Virus record (IMG/VR): IMGVR_UViG_3300033121_000493
Span: 1 to 64,000 of that record
Source: a virus
Taxonomy: Duplodnaviria > Caudoviricetes
DNA: 64,000 bases
Direction: 5' to 3' (one strand)
Both the position numbers and the translations under genes were made by a program. Under the pieces are notes generated by a model. It was not told the DNA's origin. It saw only the letters and a program-made list of their open reading frames with translations, and ran no database searches. Positions 37,087 through 47,403 of this stretch are shown here, piece by piece. Every line of letters starts with the position of its first letter. Within the stretch, counting starts at the first letter, position 1.

Positions 37087-38745
37087 TTACACCTCTGGCG
37101 TATTAGCTTTTGTTACAGCCACATCAATGTCAGACGGTCGAACAAAGAATGCTACGGTACGTGTAGACACAGACTCTTCCATAGTTTTAGGTATCTCTAG
37201 TTCATCAGTACCGCTGACTATTTTTGTAGCACCGCTTGGCAGCGTAATCTTTGCCAACATACTAATTGGCATATTGATAATAGCCTGCTTATCCAATTGG
37301 CCTTGAGCTGCGTCCACTATAACAGATGCCGGTAAGTTACCTGTTGTAAACCCCAGGCTGTTTACACGGTTAGCCACAGCATTCTTGATAGCAGCTACGT
37401 CCACATTGCCAATGTCTTTTGTCACTACTTCAATACCTATATTGCACATAGCAGGAATAGGCGCTTTAACCAAGTAGTCACCAGCTGGGTTGCGCACAGA
37501 GCGCTCATTAATAGAATCCTGGATAGCCGCTATGTCAGGCATACGCAGTACGTATATATCAAACTCAGCCGTATCATTAATAGTTGTAAGCGCTGTGCCT
37601 TCTTCGATCACTTGGATACTAACCGTGCTGTAACGTGTAAACGCGGCTTCTGCATTGTTAGTTATGTCTGGAACAAATTCACCATTACTAGCCACGTTGT
37701 TATACGACCACGTAACATTCTCTATGCCTAAAGAATCTACAAACGTCGGTTCACTATTAGTTGAATCAACAAACGGTGTTTCGCCGCTTTTGTAAACGCC
37801 GAGTATCACGTATACACCGGCGGCTTGATCACGCGTCAGATTAATAGTAAATATCTTGTTTACTGTATCCGTCAACGCGCCAGCAACAGTAATCATCTCT
37901 TTAACCGGCGCATATTCAGACCTAACATATATATCTACTTTGCCGCCCTGACTGACGTTAAAGATATTATGTGCGTCTCTACGCATCTCAGGATCGCCAA
38001 ACCCAATAATCGATACAGCGCGTACATTAGGAAACTTGGACTTTATGAACGACTCAATGTGAACACGGCCACTCATTACTTTAGGCGCTAGCCCTAGCTG
38101 AGCCTTAGCAGCCAACGTAGCGTTATCGTCACCCGGTCTGCCATTGATAAAGTCACTGGCAGCCCATATATCTACTAGGCGCGGAATAGTCTCGTCTGTA
38201 GTAAATCGTGTGCCCTCTGCTACGTTGTACTCAGACCCTATAGCCTCAGCCTCAACATCGATAATAAACTCATATGTATTATCTGATCTGGCCACAATCA
38301 AACGTGAGCTGTCATTTACTACGTTGCCAGCACTGGTAACGCCAACAAAAGCACGCGTTGTTACAAACGTTAGTCCGTTGGCAAAGAACTTAGCTCCAGC
38401 ATCAATAGGCGTTACTACGTTAGACGAGATAATGATACGAAGACTACCATCGGCCACGGAACCAGCATCTCGCTCTAGCAGCAAGTTAGACAGTACGCCA
38501 GATACTATTGTGTCGTCGGCAAGTGTTGGATCTTGGCTTATCTGTTGCAATGACATACTACGCCGCAGTCTATCCATGTTGTCAGACGCATAGGCGTAAA
38601 ATAACGCAGCTGGACGTATCAATATATCGCGCAGAACGCGACCACGTGATAAATCCAAACTAGGATAAGAATCTTTTAGTAACTGCACCAAAAGATTCTC
38701 TGCCTGGTCTATTTCAGCTTTTGTTAAGTCTTTGATGCTAAGCAT
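37087..38745 (-). CDS. Baseplate J-like wedge protein
   Basis: DLS.G.VLRDILIRP...G..F...GLTF.T...VEAEAIGSEYNV...F.NG...D...GGKVDIYV. Confidence 0.85.
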   Translation of the reverse strand: MLSIKDLTKAEIDQAENLLVQLLKDSYPSLDLSRGRVLRDILIRPAALFYAYASDNMDRLRRSMSLQQISQDPTLADDTIVSGVLSNLLLERDAGSVADGSLRIIISSNVVTPIDAGAKFFANGLTFVTTRAFVGVTSAGNVVNDSSRLIVARSDNTYEFIIDVEAEAIGSEYNVAEGTRFTTDETIPRLVDIWAASDFINGRPGDDNATLAAKAQLGLAPKVMSGRVHIESFIKSKFPNVRAVSIIGFGDPEMRRDAHNIFNVSQGGKVDIYVRSEYAPVKEMITVAGALTDTVNKIFTINLTRDQAAGVYVILGVYKSGETPFVDSTNSEPTFVDSLGIENVTWSYNNVASNGEFVPDITNNAEAAFTRYSTVSIQVIEEGTALTTINDTAEFDIYVLRMPDIAAIQDSINERSVRNPAGDYLVKAPIPAMCNIGIEVVTKDIGNVDVAAIKNAVANRVNSLGFTTGNLPASVIVDAAQGQLDKQAIINMPISMLAKITLPSGATKIVSGTDELEIPKTMEESVSTRTVAFFVRPSDIDVAVTKANTPEV

Positions 38746-38760
38746 TAATTGGTACCTGTT

Positions 38761-39222
38761 TTACTTAATAGCCAGTGACACAGGAAGGATTATATCACGT
38801 GAATCGCCAGCTAGCGTTGTTAGCTTGACTGAAAGTTTTACGTTTGTCTTATCCACAACAGAAAAGTCAAGCAACTCAACGGTATCTATAGTTTCGTCAT
38901 CCACAGCTGTGATATATAACCGCTGCTGGTCCAGTATGGTTTCAACGGCAACTCTGAACGAAATAGGTATAGCGCCACTTGTTATATTCGCCTGCCGAAG
39001 CTCAGTGAGAAACGTGGTACCAAAGTTACTGTCACCTTGGCGTGTTCCACTTTCCGTTAACAACAGCATAACAAACGTCTGAATAGCCTTCTGAATACCT
39101 GTTGTTAGTTGCCCTGCGTTATCGACAAACGACAGCGCTATATCTTGTTGGCCTTGGGGTTTAGCACCACCAAATATAAACAAGTCAACTGAGCGGCCTG
39201 TGTAATCAGTTTTAACTGCCAT
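38761..39222 (-). CDS. gp25/GpW-like baseplate wedge subunit
   Basis: GIQKAIQ.F..LLLTE.G......FGT.F motif; precedes J. Confidence 0.8.
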   Translation of the reverse strand: MAVKTDYTGRSVDLFIFGGAKPQGQQDIALSFVDNAGQLTTGIQKAIQTFVMLLLTESGTRQGDSNFGTTFLTELRQANITSGAIPISFRVAVETILDQQRLYITAVDDETIDTVELLDFSVVDKTNVKLSVKLTTLAGDSRDIILPVSLAIK

Positions 39223-39224
39223 AG

Positions 39225-39653
39225 TTATTTCCCAGCTGACTCACGTTGAATTTGATACTGCATATACTGGAGTAACCCAGCGACAAAGATACCCACGTCA
39301 GACCCAGCATGTGACTTAGCTACGCTCTCATGTGCTAATCTGCGTATACGTGTTCTGTGCCGCATTCTGTAGTCGCGCTCGAACGAGCTCAACAGATCAC
39401 TAGCCAGCTTAGCTATAGCAGTTGTTTGTCTTTTGCCACTTGGGTTTTTAGCGTTAGCGTATTGCGCGGCAGCTTCAGCCCTATCAAACAACTCTTTGAT
39501 TTTGCTAAACTCAAACTTGCCAGGCGCGCCAGCTATTTCACTAAGTAGCCAGTGAAGCTGCACTTTACCTTTTAGATAGTCTCCCTGATTAGCACAATCT
39601 TTTTGTAGCTCGTCCAACAGTCTTTGTAGTTTTTCAGGGATAGCATTAGCCAT
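39225..39653 (-). CDS. Hypothetical protein
   Basis: Packed ORF. Confidence 0.65.
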   Translation of the reverse strand: MANAIPEKLQRLLDELQKDCANQGDYLKGKVQLHWLLSEIAGAPGKFEFSKIKELFDRAEAAAQYANAKNPSGKRQTTAIAKLASDLLSSFERDYRMRHRTRIRRLAHESVAKSHAGSDVGIFVAGLLQYMQYQIQRESAGK

Positions 39654-40395
39654 ATTTAAGCGCCATACCTTGTAGTAGTTTGTTTTGAAGCTTAGTAGCG
39701 CGCTGCGTCACAGCCGACGACGATATGCGTAGCGCGCTAGCGATTTCATTGTTGGATTTAACCGGCCTTCCACCCAAACCAAATTTCCACTCCATAATCT
39801 TTTTATCAGTTGGGTCTGCGTCGTGATATACGTACTCCATCCACATCTTTGATCTATCTTGTCCACCTACAGCCGGATCACTGGAGTCTTCATTATCTAT
39901 GTCGTTGTACGCACCTACTATTGGTCTGCTGTACGCTCTGACTTTACCTATGGCTTTACGACTCCATCCCAACGTATCCGCCAGTTCTATGTCGCTTGGC
40001 TCTCTGCCGTATTTGTCATAAAAGTTACGCTCGGCTTCGTTGAGAAATTTAAGCTGCATCAGTTTACGCTCTGACATTTTTAAGGGCTGCGTAGACTGAT
40101 TCGAATAGCGCATTAACGGCTGCAGCTGCAACATAACGTGTGATCTGAGAGACGCTTTATTATTCCTGTCATACGACTGAATAGCTTTAGCCGCAAGTAC
40201 TTTAGCCCTGCCACGTATTATCGGTGAATCGCCCGTACCATATGTGTTAATAGCCGAGTTGATAGTGGGCTTCAGCTTGTCTACAACTTTGTATAAATAT
40301 TGAGGCGTCTTAGCCTTAGACCACATGTCATACGTAGACATTAAGTCTTTGTCATCATCACTCTTTGTTGGGTCTGGTAATACATTACGTAACAT
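39646..40395 (-). CDS. Sigma-70 family RNA polymerase sigma factor (group 3-like, regions 2-3-4)
   Basis: A.KAI.SYD....ASL.SHV (region 2), GREPSDIELADTLG.S (region 3), KFGL.G...KSNNEIA..L.IS.S.V.Q (region 4 HTH); start reassigned to 40395. Confidence 0.85.
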   Translation of the reverse strand: MLRNVLPDPTKSDDDKDLMSTYDMWSKAKTPQYLYKVVDKLKPTINSAINTYGTGDSPIIRGRAKVLAAKAIQSYDRNNKASLRSHVMLQLQPLMRYSNQSTQPLKMSERKLMQLKFLNEAERNFYDKYGREPSDIELADTLGWSRKAIGKVRAYSRPIVGAYNDIDNEDSSDPAVGGQDRSKMWMEYVYHDADPTDKKIMEWKFGLGGRPVKSNNEIASALRISSSAVTQRATKLQNKLLQGMALKYG

Positions 40396-40396
40396 A

Positions 40397-42073
40397 TTAA
40401 ATCCCAATATCTTGTAGAACAGTACCACGCCACACGTCGGTATACATAGGATGCTTCTCTGATCCGTTCTCCCTTTCGTGCTCTCTGCGTATGTGCGATA
40501 GAGAAAACATAGTAGAAGCCGTAGCTGTGCTTGTGTCTACAAAGAACTCAACAGCTGTTACAGTTCCATATAAGTAACTATACTGCGCGGGGCTATCATA
40601 CAACTTACCGTCTAAATCTTCTAATGAAACAAATGATCCAGGGCCAATATCAAAGCGCAATTTGCCAGTCACGTTAGCTGTGTTGCCTTTGTACTGGTTC
40701 ATCCAGTACAGCCATTCAGCGTATTTTTTACCTATCGAGGAAGCTGTAGCGTACGCTTGGCCGTAGCTGGGCTGTAAGTTTTTGTTATTTACAGTGCTTG
40801 CGGTCTGCATGGTGTTATTAGGCTTGTCCAGTATGTCTTTAACTCTTAGTGCCTCAATAAGCAGCGAGTAGTAAGCTTGTGAGGCATACGGCGGCGCTGG
40901 AGCAAATTGTATAACACCTTTACTAGCGAGATCTCTTATATCGGCATCTAGTCTCAAATCCTCAGATGGAAAATAGCACCCAGCTGAACCAACAAAAGCC
41001 TTAGAGTCGTCTTGCGCTTGTGGGTTTAAATCCAGAGTTGCGTAGTTAGTTTGCCACTCGCTAACTATAACCATACCACGCCACATTCTGAACAGCGACT
41101 CACCTACGCTTATAGAGAAGCAATCATTAGCTTCTATTATTTTGTGTGTATTACCACCATTACCAACAGGGCAAAACGCTATAGGTGCGCACGTGGCACT
41201 TTCGACGGTTGGGACAATGGCAAAGCCAAGTAGCCCACCTAGCTGCTTCAGTCTGTCCCAGTATGTATTGCCAACAGACGCTGCGCCATTAGACATATAC
41301 GAGCCAATAGTCTGCTTTACTATGTCATTAAGCGTAACAGTAGCAGCCTTGGCATCATCTATGATTTTTAACTTACCGACTTCCACTTTCTTAGGTATAT
41401 CAAACGCATTCTCTGTGCCGTTGAATCTCTTGAGAGCTAAGTCGTTCTTTACCTTACCAGCGCCAAATCCTTTAATACATTCAATAGACGTTCCAGAGAA
41501 TGACTCATTACACAACTGGATAAACTTAGCCTTTATACCGCCTTGCCATATATCTTTGTCTATGTCTTTCATAGCTGGGTCATTGACAAAGCCAGCCAAA
41601 GTATCATACGCCAAGTTATATGGTAAAAACGCTGTTACAGGCGAGCCAGGCACTAATGATTCGCTAAAGGCTGAACTGCTGTCTAGGTCAATAAGCCAGT
41701 GTGTAGCCTGCACAACAAGGCCTATGCCACCTGCAGTTCTCTTTGTTGACGACGCTGTCACATAGCCAGAGAACACTTTGAATGGCTCTGTTGGCCAATC
41801 AGTATCTGCTTCAAATTTGCCTTCTAGCTGCAGCCACACATCTATTTGTCTATAGCGCCTAAACTCTTTGGCCAAATCTTTTATACGTAGCGTTTTTGTT
41901 TCAGTATCGCTATTAACGGGCGAACCTATTGGTATAACTATCTGGGCTGTGGGGATGGAGTTAAGAGCAAATGACGCGGCTATCGACGTAAGGGGCAATT
42001 TAGTATCGCCAATCATTACGTAGCCACGTACTTTAGTGTTTAGTATCGTCGCTGTTTTATTAACGGGCGTCAT
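40397..42073 (-). CDS. Baseplate hub protein (gp27/GpD-like)
   Basis: F.LNSIPTA.I...VFSGYV at N-terminus; G.LRFDIGPG...G.V..V at C-terminus; synteny. Confidence 0.65.
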   Translation of the reverse strand: MTPVNKTATILNTKVRGYVMIGDTKLPLTSIAASFALNSIPTAQIVIPIGSPVNSDTETKTLRIKDLAKEFRRYRQIDVWLQLEGKFEADTDWPTEPFKVFSGYVTASSTKRTAGGIGLVVQATHWLIDLDSSSAFSESLVPGSPVTAFLPYNLAYDTLAGFVNDPAMKDIDKDIWQGGIKAKFIQLCNESFSGTSIECIKGFGAGKVKNDLALKRFNGTENAFDIPKKVEVGKLKIIDDAKAATVTLNDIVKQTIGSYMSNGAASVGNTYWDRLKQLGGLLGFAIVPTVESATCAPIAFCPVGNGGNTHKIIEANDCFSISVGESLFRMWRGMVIVSEWQTNYATLDLNPQAQDDSKAFVGSAGCYFPSEDLRLDADIRDLASKGVIQFAPAPPYASQAYYSLLIEALRVKDILDKPNNTMQTASTVNNKNLQPSYGQAYATASSIGKKYAEWLYWMNQYKGNTANVTGKLRFDIGPGSFVSLEDLDGKLYDSPAQYSYLYGTVTAVEFFVDTSTATASTMFSLSHIRREHERENGSEKHPMYTDVWRGTVLQDIGI

Positions 42074-42857
42074 TTATGTAACTTTCGTGAAGCTTAAAGA
42101 TCAAAGCCAAAACTAACCCAGCTGTCTTTTCTGGAAGTGTTTTCTTGCTCCATAGATCTGCAAACGTTCTATATGGCTCTTTGTTACCAGCGCCGAATAG
42201 CCGCATGTCGTGCCCGGAGCTATTACCTATTGCGTAGATAACAGTAGATATGTCATCCGTTGGTCTGCCAAGGCCAGTGAGATTTATTACACCATTCCAA
42301 TCTCCAACATCTGTAGACGGCCCCTGTATGACAATCTCTGATAATTCTTTGGCTGGCAACTTAAACGGGTATGACACTGTACTAGCAGGATTACGTATAG
42401 TACCAGAATAACTGTTACCAGACACGAGCTCTTCTATAACTACATCTCCATTAGTTACTGTTATCTTCCACTGCCATTTCATACGGCCTTGCTTAGGATC
42501 TGCGTCTAGTTCACCAGCGCCAACAACGCGTAGCGCGCTAGAGGTGTTTTGTTCAAAGCCATATGTCTGCAGCGCAAAATCGCACGCCATGTTTGGAGCG
42601 TACGTTATGCGTTTATCGTGGTAGAACAAATACTTTTCATATGACGTAGCGTGAATTATTTGTAACAGACGCCGTGCTTGAAAGTTTAACCACGTGTTAT
42701 CTGGCTTGCTGCCAAACAGCAAAGTCCAGTAATGCTTAAGGTTGTTATCAAGAACTTGCCCCGCAAATGTCTCCGGTATGTACTCTTCACCTAATTCTGT
42801 TAATGCCTGCCCACCACCACGGCGATTCAGTAATAGTGTTCTAGCGTGGTTAATCAT
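42060..42857 (-). CDS. Putative baseplate protein
   Basis: Synteny only. Confidence 0.5.
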   Translation of the reverse strand: MINHARTLLLNRRGGGQALTELGEEYIPETFAGQVLDNNLKHYWTLLFGSKPDNTWLNFQARRLLQIIHATSYEKYLFYHDKRITYAPNMACDFALQTYGFEQNTSSALRVVGAGELDADPKQGRMKWQWKITVTNGDVVIEELVSGNSYSGTIRNPASTVSYPFKLPAKELSEIVIQGPSTDVGDWNGVINLTGLGRPTDDISTVIYAIGNSSGHDMRLFGAGNKEPYRTFADLWSKKTLPEKTAGLVLALIFKLHESYINDAR

Positions 42858-42868
42858 GGGACTTTCCT

Positions 42869-43357
42869 TTATCTAAACGCTGCTGGAAGCGTTTTCAGTA
42901 ATAGTGAAAAGCTATGTATACCCGCTGACGGATCAGATGTATTAAGCGTCATAGCTATCAAATAGCCGTTAATTACTTCATCAGCCAACGTAACAGTTAT
43001 CTTATCAAAGTTATTGGATATACGCTTATCTTTGTAGAACTTAAGCAGATTAGATATACCATTACCAGAATCACACGTCCTAAAGAAAGCAAAGCCACTT
43101 ATAGTTAAGTCGCCAGGCTGATCGCCAAAAGAATACGCGTAGATAATATTCTCAAGACTCTGTTGGAATTGCGTATTGGTTCTCTGGCTGTAGGCTATGT
43201 TAGTGATTAGCACGCCGTCTATAACAGTTCTACTTTTAGATCCTACATTGTTAAACACCAACAGTTTAGCAGACCCTCTAATAGGCGGTAGCGCTACCAC
43301 CTTTAGCGCGCCAGCAGCAACACTGTCTTTGTAAAATATATCCATAGCGTATATCAA
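42869..43357 (-). CDS. Tail-tube initiator-like baseplate protein
   Basis: QF.QSL...IY.YSFGD.PG.LTISG motif; directly after tape measure. Confidence 0.6.
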   Translation of the reverse strand: MIYAMDIFYKDSVAAGALKVVALPPIRGSAKLLVFNNVGSKSRTVIDGVLITNIAYSQRTNTQFQQSLENIIYAYSFGDQPGDLTISGFAFFRTCDSGNGISNLLKFYKDKRISNNFDKITVTLADEVINGYLIAMTLNTSDPSAGIHSFSLLLKTLPAAFR

Positions 43358-43360
43358 CCT

Positions 43361-46300
43361 TTATACCGGCGGTACTGTGTTGTCGTTGTAGTTACGTGTA
43401 GCTGAGGTTGCAGCGGCTTTACCACCGTCACTCTTGCCAGACATAACCTTGATAATAACAGATCCAGATAACTTCTCACCTGTATCGCCATCAACAAATT
43501 CAACTTTCTGTTGCGACGCTTGTTCTTTAGCTTTATCACTCTCTGCCTTTTTAGCGTCTGCGTCTTTGAGCTTATCTGTTGTTTCTTCAAGTATCTTTGA
43601 ATAATCAAAATCTTTAAGATCCATACCGGCTTTAGCCATCGTATCAAACAAGGCTTTGAGATCTGACGCGCCGTCCAAACTCTCATCGCCTTCAGTGGCC
43701 ATGAATAGCTTGAGAGCGTCAGGATCAACGCGGTTATTCTTAAAGACGCCGCCTTTATCGTTTTGAATAATAGCTTTAAGGCTATTGATCAGCTCTGCTG
43801 TAGGCGCGTCTTTACGACTCTTGGATAACACAGCCTGTAGGCGCGTCATCGTGGTACGTACTTGCTGAGCACGTAGTCTAGGATCGTTAGCGCCTAAACC
43901 ACCTGGCACAGTGCCGTTGCGGATATTTAGTTTCTCTTCGTCAGTAAAGCTATACGGATTAGTTAGCGCATCAGTATTAAGCAACGCATTAGTTGAGATG
44001 CTCTTTTGGGCGTCGTCTACTTGCTCAGCCTTGTCTTCGTCACTGATCATTACAGCGCCAATATCATCACGCTGATTGAGCAAACTTTTCTGGATAGCGC
44101 TATTCTGACTGAGTATCTCGTCAGTACTTACACCTGCTAACATTTGGCCGTGAGCTATATCTTTTAACAACTCTTTACGTGGAGTAAACACACCACCTGG
44201 CCCCTTTTCATACAGGAGTTCAGTGTTTTGAGCTATTAGGTCTTTGAGCTCAATCAGCTTGGCTTTCTTCTCTTCTGGCGTTTGGGCGTTGGCAAACTCT
44301 CTCTTCTTCATTTCTATAGCGTTAAATGCTTCTGCAGCACTCTTGTACGAATATTCTTTGCCAGCACGTATCGCTGTCATGTAACTACTACGAGCGCGCT
44401 TAGTGATAAACTCAAGGTTACTAAACTGTGTCTTATACGGCAGCTCATTAAACTCTTTGCGTATGCTTTCACGCTCTTCAGGCGTAGATGCCATGTTGAA
44501 CTTAGCTTGTAGAGTTCTAAACTTTTCAGCCGTCTCTCTAGCTTCGCTCATGGCTACGTTGATAATTTCACCACTCTTACCCAATGGCTTAGTCGCCATA
44601 TCAATGTCATGCTGAGACATACTGGTTAGTCTGCCAGCTATTCTGCCTGCTGCCTCTATTCCAGTATCTGTGCCAGGTATATCGCGCATTGTGGCGATGT
44701 CTTTAAACATATCTCCCTGGTACATCTTGTTGATCATTTCGCCAGTAGCACCCATACCGCCTATGTTTGGCATTTGGCTGGCAATCTTACCTACAGCTTC
44801 GACAGCATTACCTAATTGCTCTTGATACTCAGCGTGCAGCGCCGGATCACTGGTCGTGTTCAAGAGGTTCATTAAGTTGGATATGCGCTCAATCCCACCA
44901 GTACCAAAAGCTTTCTCTACGTCTGCCGTCATAACAAAACCAGCGCCAGACATTACAGACTGCAGTGTCGTGTTGCCTCGCCCAATAGACCCCATAATCC
45001 TGGATATGACGTCTCCACGTGTTTTGAGATTAAGGCCACTTAGAATGGTTTGGCCTTCAACGCCTATTGCCACATTCTTTTGCTGCTCATCAATAGCTTT
45101 TTGCCTACCAGACGAAAACAATTGCATAAAGCCAGCAGCGTCTTTTACGTTGGCGGAATTAAATACTCTGGATACACCTTGATTAGTGTCCACAGTCTGC
45201 AGCAAACTATTAAGCTGATTAGTGTTTAGATTAAGGCCATTATTCTGTAACCACTCAGCACGTCCACCAGGTGTATTAGCTTCACTGAAAGATCTGGCTA
45301 CAAGCCCAGATACATCTTCAGCGCTCATTCCAGTATTGCGTAGCGCGCTACCGATAGCATCATTGGGGTCAGCCATGATAGACGACAGAACACCACGTGA
45401 TACCTGGCCTAGACGCGCTATGGCTTCGCCAGAGCTGGCACGCTGGATAGCAGAGATCATGTTTGGGTTTTGGGATATAAACTGCTGCACACCTGTATCA
45501 CTCATTAGAGCACTCATAGCTCTATTTTCACCAATACCAAGTGACGCTAGCTTTTGCTTTACTTCTGCCATACGGGCTGGTGTTATCTCTGCATTCTTAC
45601 CAGCAGCCATTAGCTCGTTGTATGTATTACGCTGATCGCCAGATAGCGACGCTAAATCTACGTTAGACAACAGCATTTGTGTCTGCGCCGACATACGCAT
45701 AGCCGGTGACATTACGTTACGTGCAAGAGTTTGGAATCTCAGATTACTTTCCTCGTCGGGGGACAGACGGCCAATGTATGCGCCAGGAAATGCTGTCTGG
45801 GATACAACTGTCGACATAGATGCTTGTTGGGCAATAGTAGATCCTATGTCCCCACGCATACCCATCTGCCTGGCCATGTTGGCACCAGACTTGGATATCT
45901 CCATCATCATTTCCATAGAGATGTTGGAGGCTTTAGCCATCTCCTTTACTTTGATAAGAGTGTTCTGCAGTGTGCTGGCACTAAACTCTTGGAATGCACC
46001 ACCTGTAAACTTTTGTATCTCAGCAATAAGTTGATCCACAGGCGCATCAGGCGAGCCAACAATCTCGCGCATTGTGGCGATTACTTCAGAGTAGCTTTTT
46101 AGCTGTTTACCTATGTTGGATGTTTGTGCTGTTCTACGTAGACCGGGCAACTCAGCTTCTTCTATTTTTACATCACCAAACACACCGCGCGAGTATTCAC
46201 GTGCGCCTGCATCTGATATAGGCCTAACGTCCAATAAGCCAGATGACGTTAGTCTAGACGCTAAACTACCTATATCTCCCAGCTTTAATCCACGTGTTAA

Positions 46301-46948
46301 TTCCATGCTGGGCATACCAGACGGCGCAAAGTAGTCCAGCATTCTATTTGTCATGGACAACGCGTCGCGTGACTGCATGCCCAGTGAATATCTATCACTT
46401 GTATAGTCGCGTACGTTTTGTGTTGCCATATACATGTTGCGGGCAAAGTCTATAGCAGACCCACCTGGCAACGTCATCCCAGCCATACCACTCATCCAAA
46501 GCGGCATCATGGCGCTTTCAGCTGTTGCGCGTGATACGCCGCCAGATAAGCCAGTTAGATTATGTATTACACCTGCCAATCTATTTTGATCTGACGAGAA
46601 ACCTATTGACATGGCTTGGCGTAAATTCTGCTCCATATTGCGGCCACGTAGAACATCAGCAACATTTACGCCAGCTGGAAAATACTGGTAGCCGTTATTA
46701 GCAGCAACCATTTCCATACCGTAGCCAAGTAGTCCACCTAATGGGCTGTTGCCAATAGAGAAGTGATATGGGCTATATAGCTGCGGTTGGAAGAAAGAGC
46801 CATTGGATAGAAAAGACGAACCAGGCTGCATAGCGTACATTTGTGGCAAATTGCCAAATGACGGGCCATATCCAGGAGTACCAAACGCGCTCGGAATACC
46901 TGACGCATTTAGCATTTGGTTGATTGCAGCCTGGTCCATTGGATTCAT
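43361..46948 (-). CDS. Tape measure protein
   Basis: 1195 aa, helical, G/A/M-rich; immediately after the frameshifted chaperone pair. Confidence 0.8.
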   Translation of the reverse strand: MNPMDQAAINQMLNASGIPSAFGTPGYGPSFGNLPQMYAMQPGSSFLSNGSFFQPQLYSPYHFSIGNSPLGGLLGYGMEMVAANNGYQYFPAGVNVADVLRGRNMEQNLRQAMSIGFSSDQNRLAGVIHNLTGLSGGVSRATAESAMMPLWMSGMAGMTLPGGSAIDFARNMYMATQNVRDYTSDRYSLGMQSRDALSMTNRMLDYFAPSGMPSMELTRGLKLGDIGSLASRLTSSGLLDVRPISDAGAREYSRGVFGDVKIEEAELPGLRRTAQTSNIGKQLKSYSEVIATMREIVGSPDAPVDQLIAEIQKFTGGAFQEFSASTLQNTLIKVKEMAKASNISMEMMMEISKSGANMARQMGMRGDIGSTIAQQASMSTVVSQTAFPGAYIGRLSPDEESNLRFQTLARNVMSPAMRMSAQTQMLLSNVDLASLSGDQRNTYNELMAAGKNAEITPARMAEVKQKLASLGIGENRAMSALMSDTGVQQFISQNPNMISAIQRASSGEAIARLGQVSRGVLSSIMADPNDAIGSALRNTGMSAEDVSGLVARSFSEANTPGGRAEWLQNNGLNLNTNQLNSLLQTVDTNQGVSRVFNSANVKDAAGFMQLFSSGRQKAIDEQQKNVAIGVEGQTILSGLNLKTRGDVISRIMGSIGRGNTTLQSVMSGAGFVMTADVEKAFGTGGIERISNLMNLLNTTSDPALHAEYQEQLGNAVEAVGKIASQMPNIGGMGATGEMINKMYQGDMFKDIATMRDIPGTDTGIEAAGRIAGRLTSMSQHDIDMATKPLGKSGEIINVAMSEARETAEKFRTLQAKFNMASTPEERESIRKEFNELPYKTQFSNLEFITKRARSSYMTAIRAGKEYSYKSAAEAFNAIEMKKREFANAQTPEEKKAKLIELKDLIAQNTELLYEKGPGGVFTPRKELLKDIAHGQMLAGVSTDEILSQNSAIQKSLLNQRDDIGAVMISDEDKAEQVDDAQKSISTNALLNTDALTNPYSFTDEEKLNIRNGTVPGGLGANDPRLRAQQVRTTMTRLQAVLSKSRKDAPTAELINSLKAIIQNDKGGVFKNNRVDPDALKLFMATEGDESLDGASDLKALFDTMAKAGMDLKDFDYSKILEETTDKLKDADAKKAESDKAKEQASQQKVEFVDGDTGEKLSGSVIIKVMSGKSDGGKAAATSATRNYNDNTVPPV

Positions 46949-47403
46949 GTAGTTCTCTTTTGCTGACGTCGCTTCTTTTCTTCTTCGTAAGCGCGAACCA
47001 TTTTAACTAAACCACTGGGCGTAATACCAGTATCGCCTATCTCTTCGCCCTTATCTGCTATAACGTTACGCAATTCATTAAGTTGTTTGATTATATTAGG
47101 ACTGTCCCACGGCTCACGTAGCAATTTGAGTAGCTCTAAACTGTACTGCATACGAAGTTGACTAGCTTCAAACATCTTTGTTTGGACTGTTTCTCCCATA
47201 CCTGTTGTAAATATCTGGGCAGCGGCTTCGTCCAACTTCATTTTGTCCAGTGTTGTTTTTTCATCGTCCTGTCGCATTAGCTCTTTTAGAACATACGCTT
47301 CACGTATCAAATATATGGCGTTGATTGGACAGCCTGCACTTGTATCAAGCAGCCCACTGGCGGCTGCCCGTACTAAGAGGTGTGCCCAGCGGCTGCTGCC
47401 CAA
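46945..47403 (-). CDS. Tail assembly chaperone, frameshifted (T) portion
   Basis: No ATG or SD at its 5' end; the frame opens at the slippery site in the -1 frame of 47373..48275. Confidence 0.75.
   Translation of the reverse strand: MGSSRWAHLLVRAAASGLLDTSAGCPINAIYLIREAYVLKELMRQDDEKTTLDKMKLDEAAAQIFTTGMGETVQTKMFEASQLRMQYSLELLKLLREPWDSPNIIKQLNELRNVIADKGEEIGDTGITPSGLVKMVRAYEEEKKRRQQKRTT

Noticed and set aside
43354-43728. 124-aa alternate-frame ORF at the end of the tape measure gene
   Set aside because: Almost wholly nested in another frame, with no SD, slippery site or motif seen
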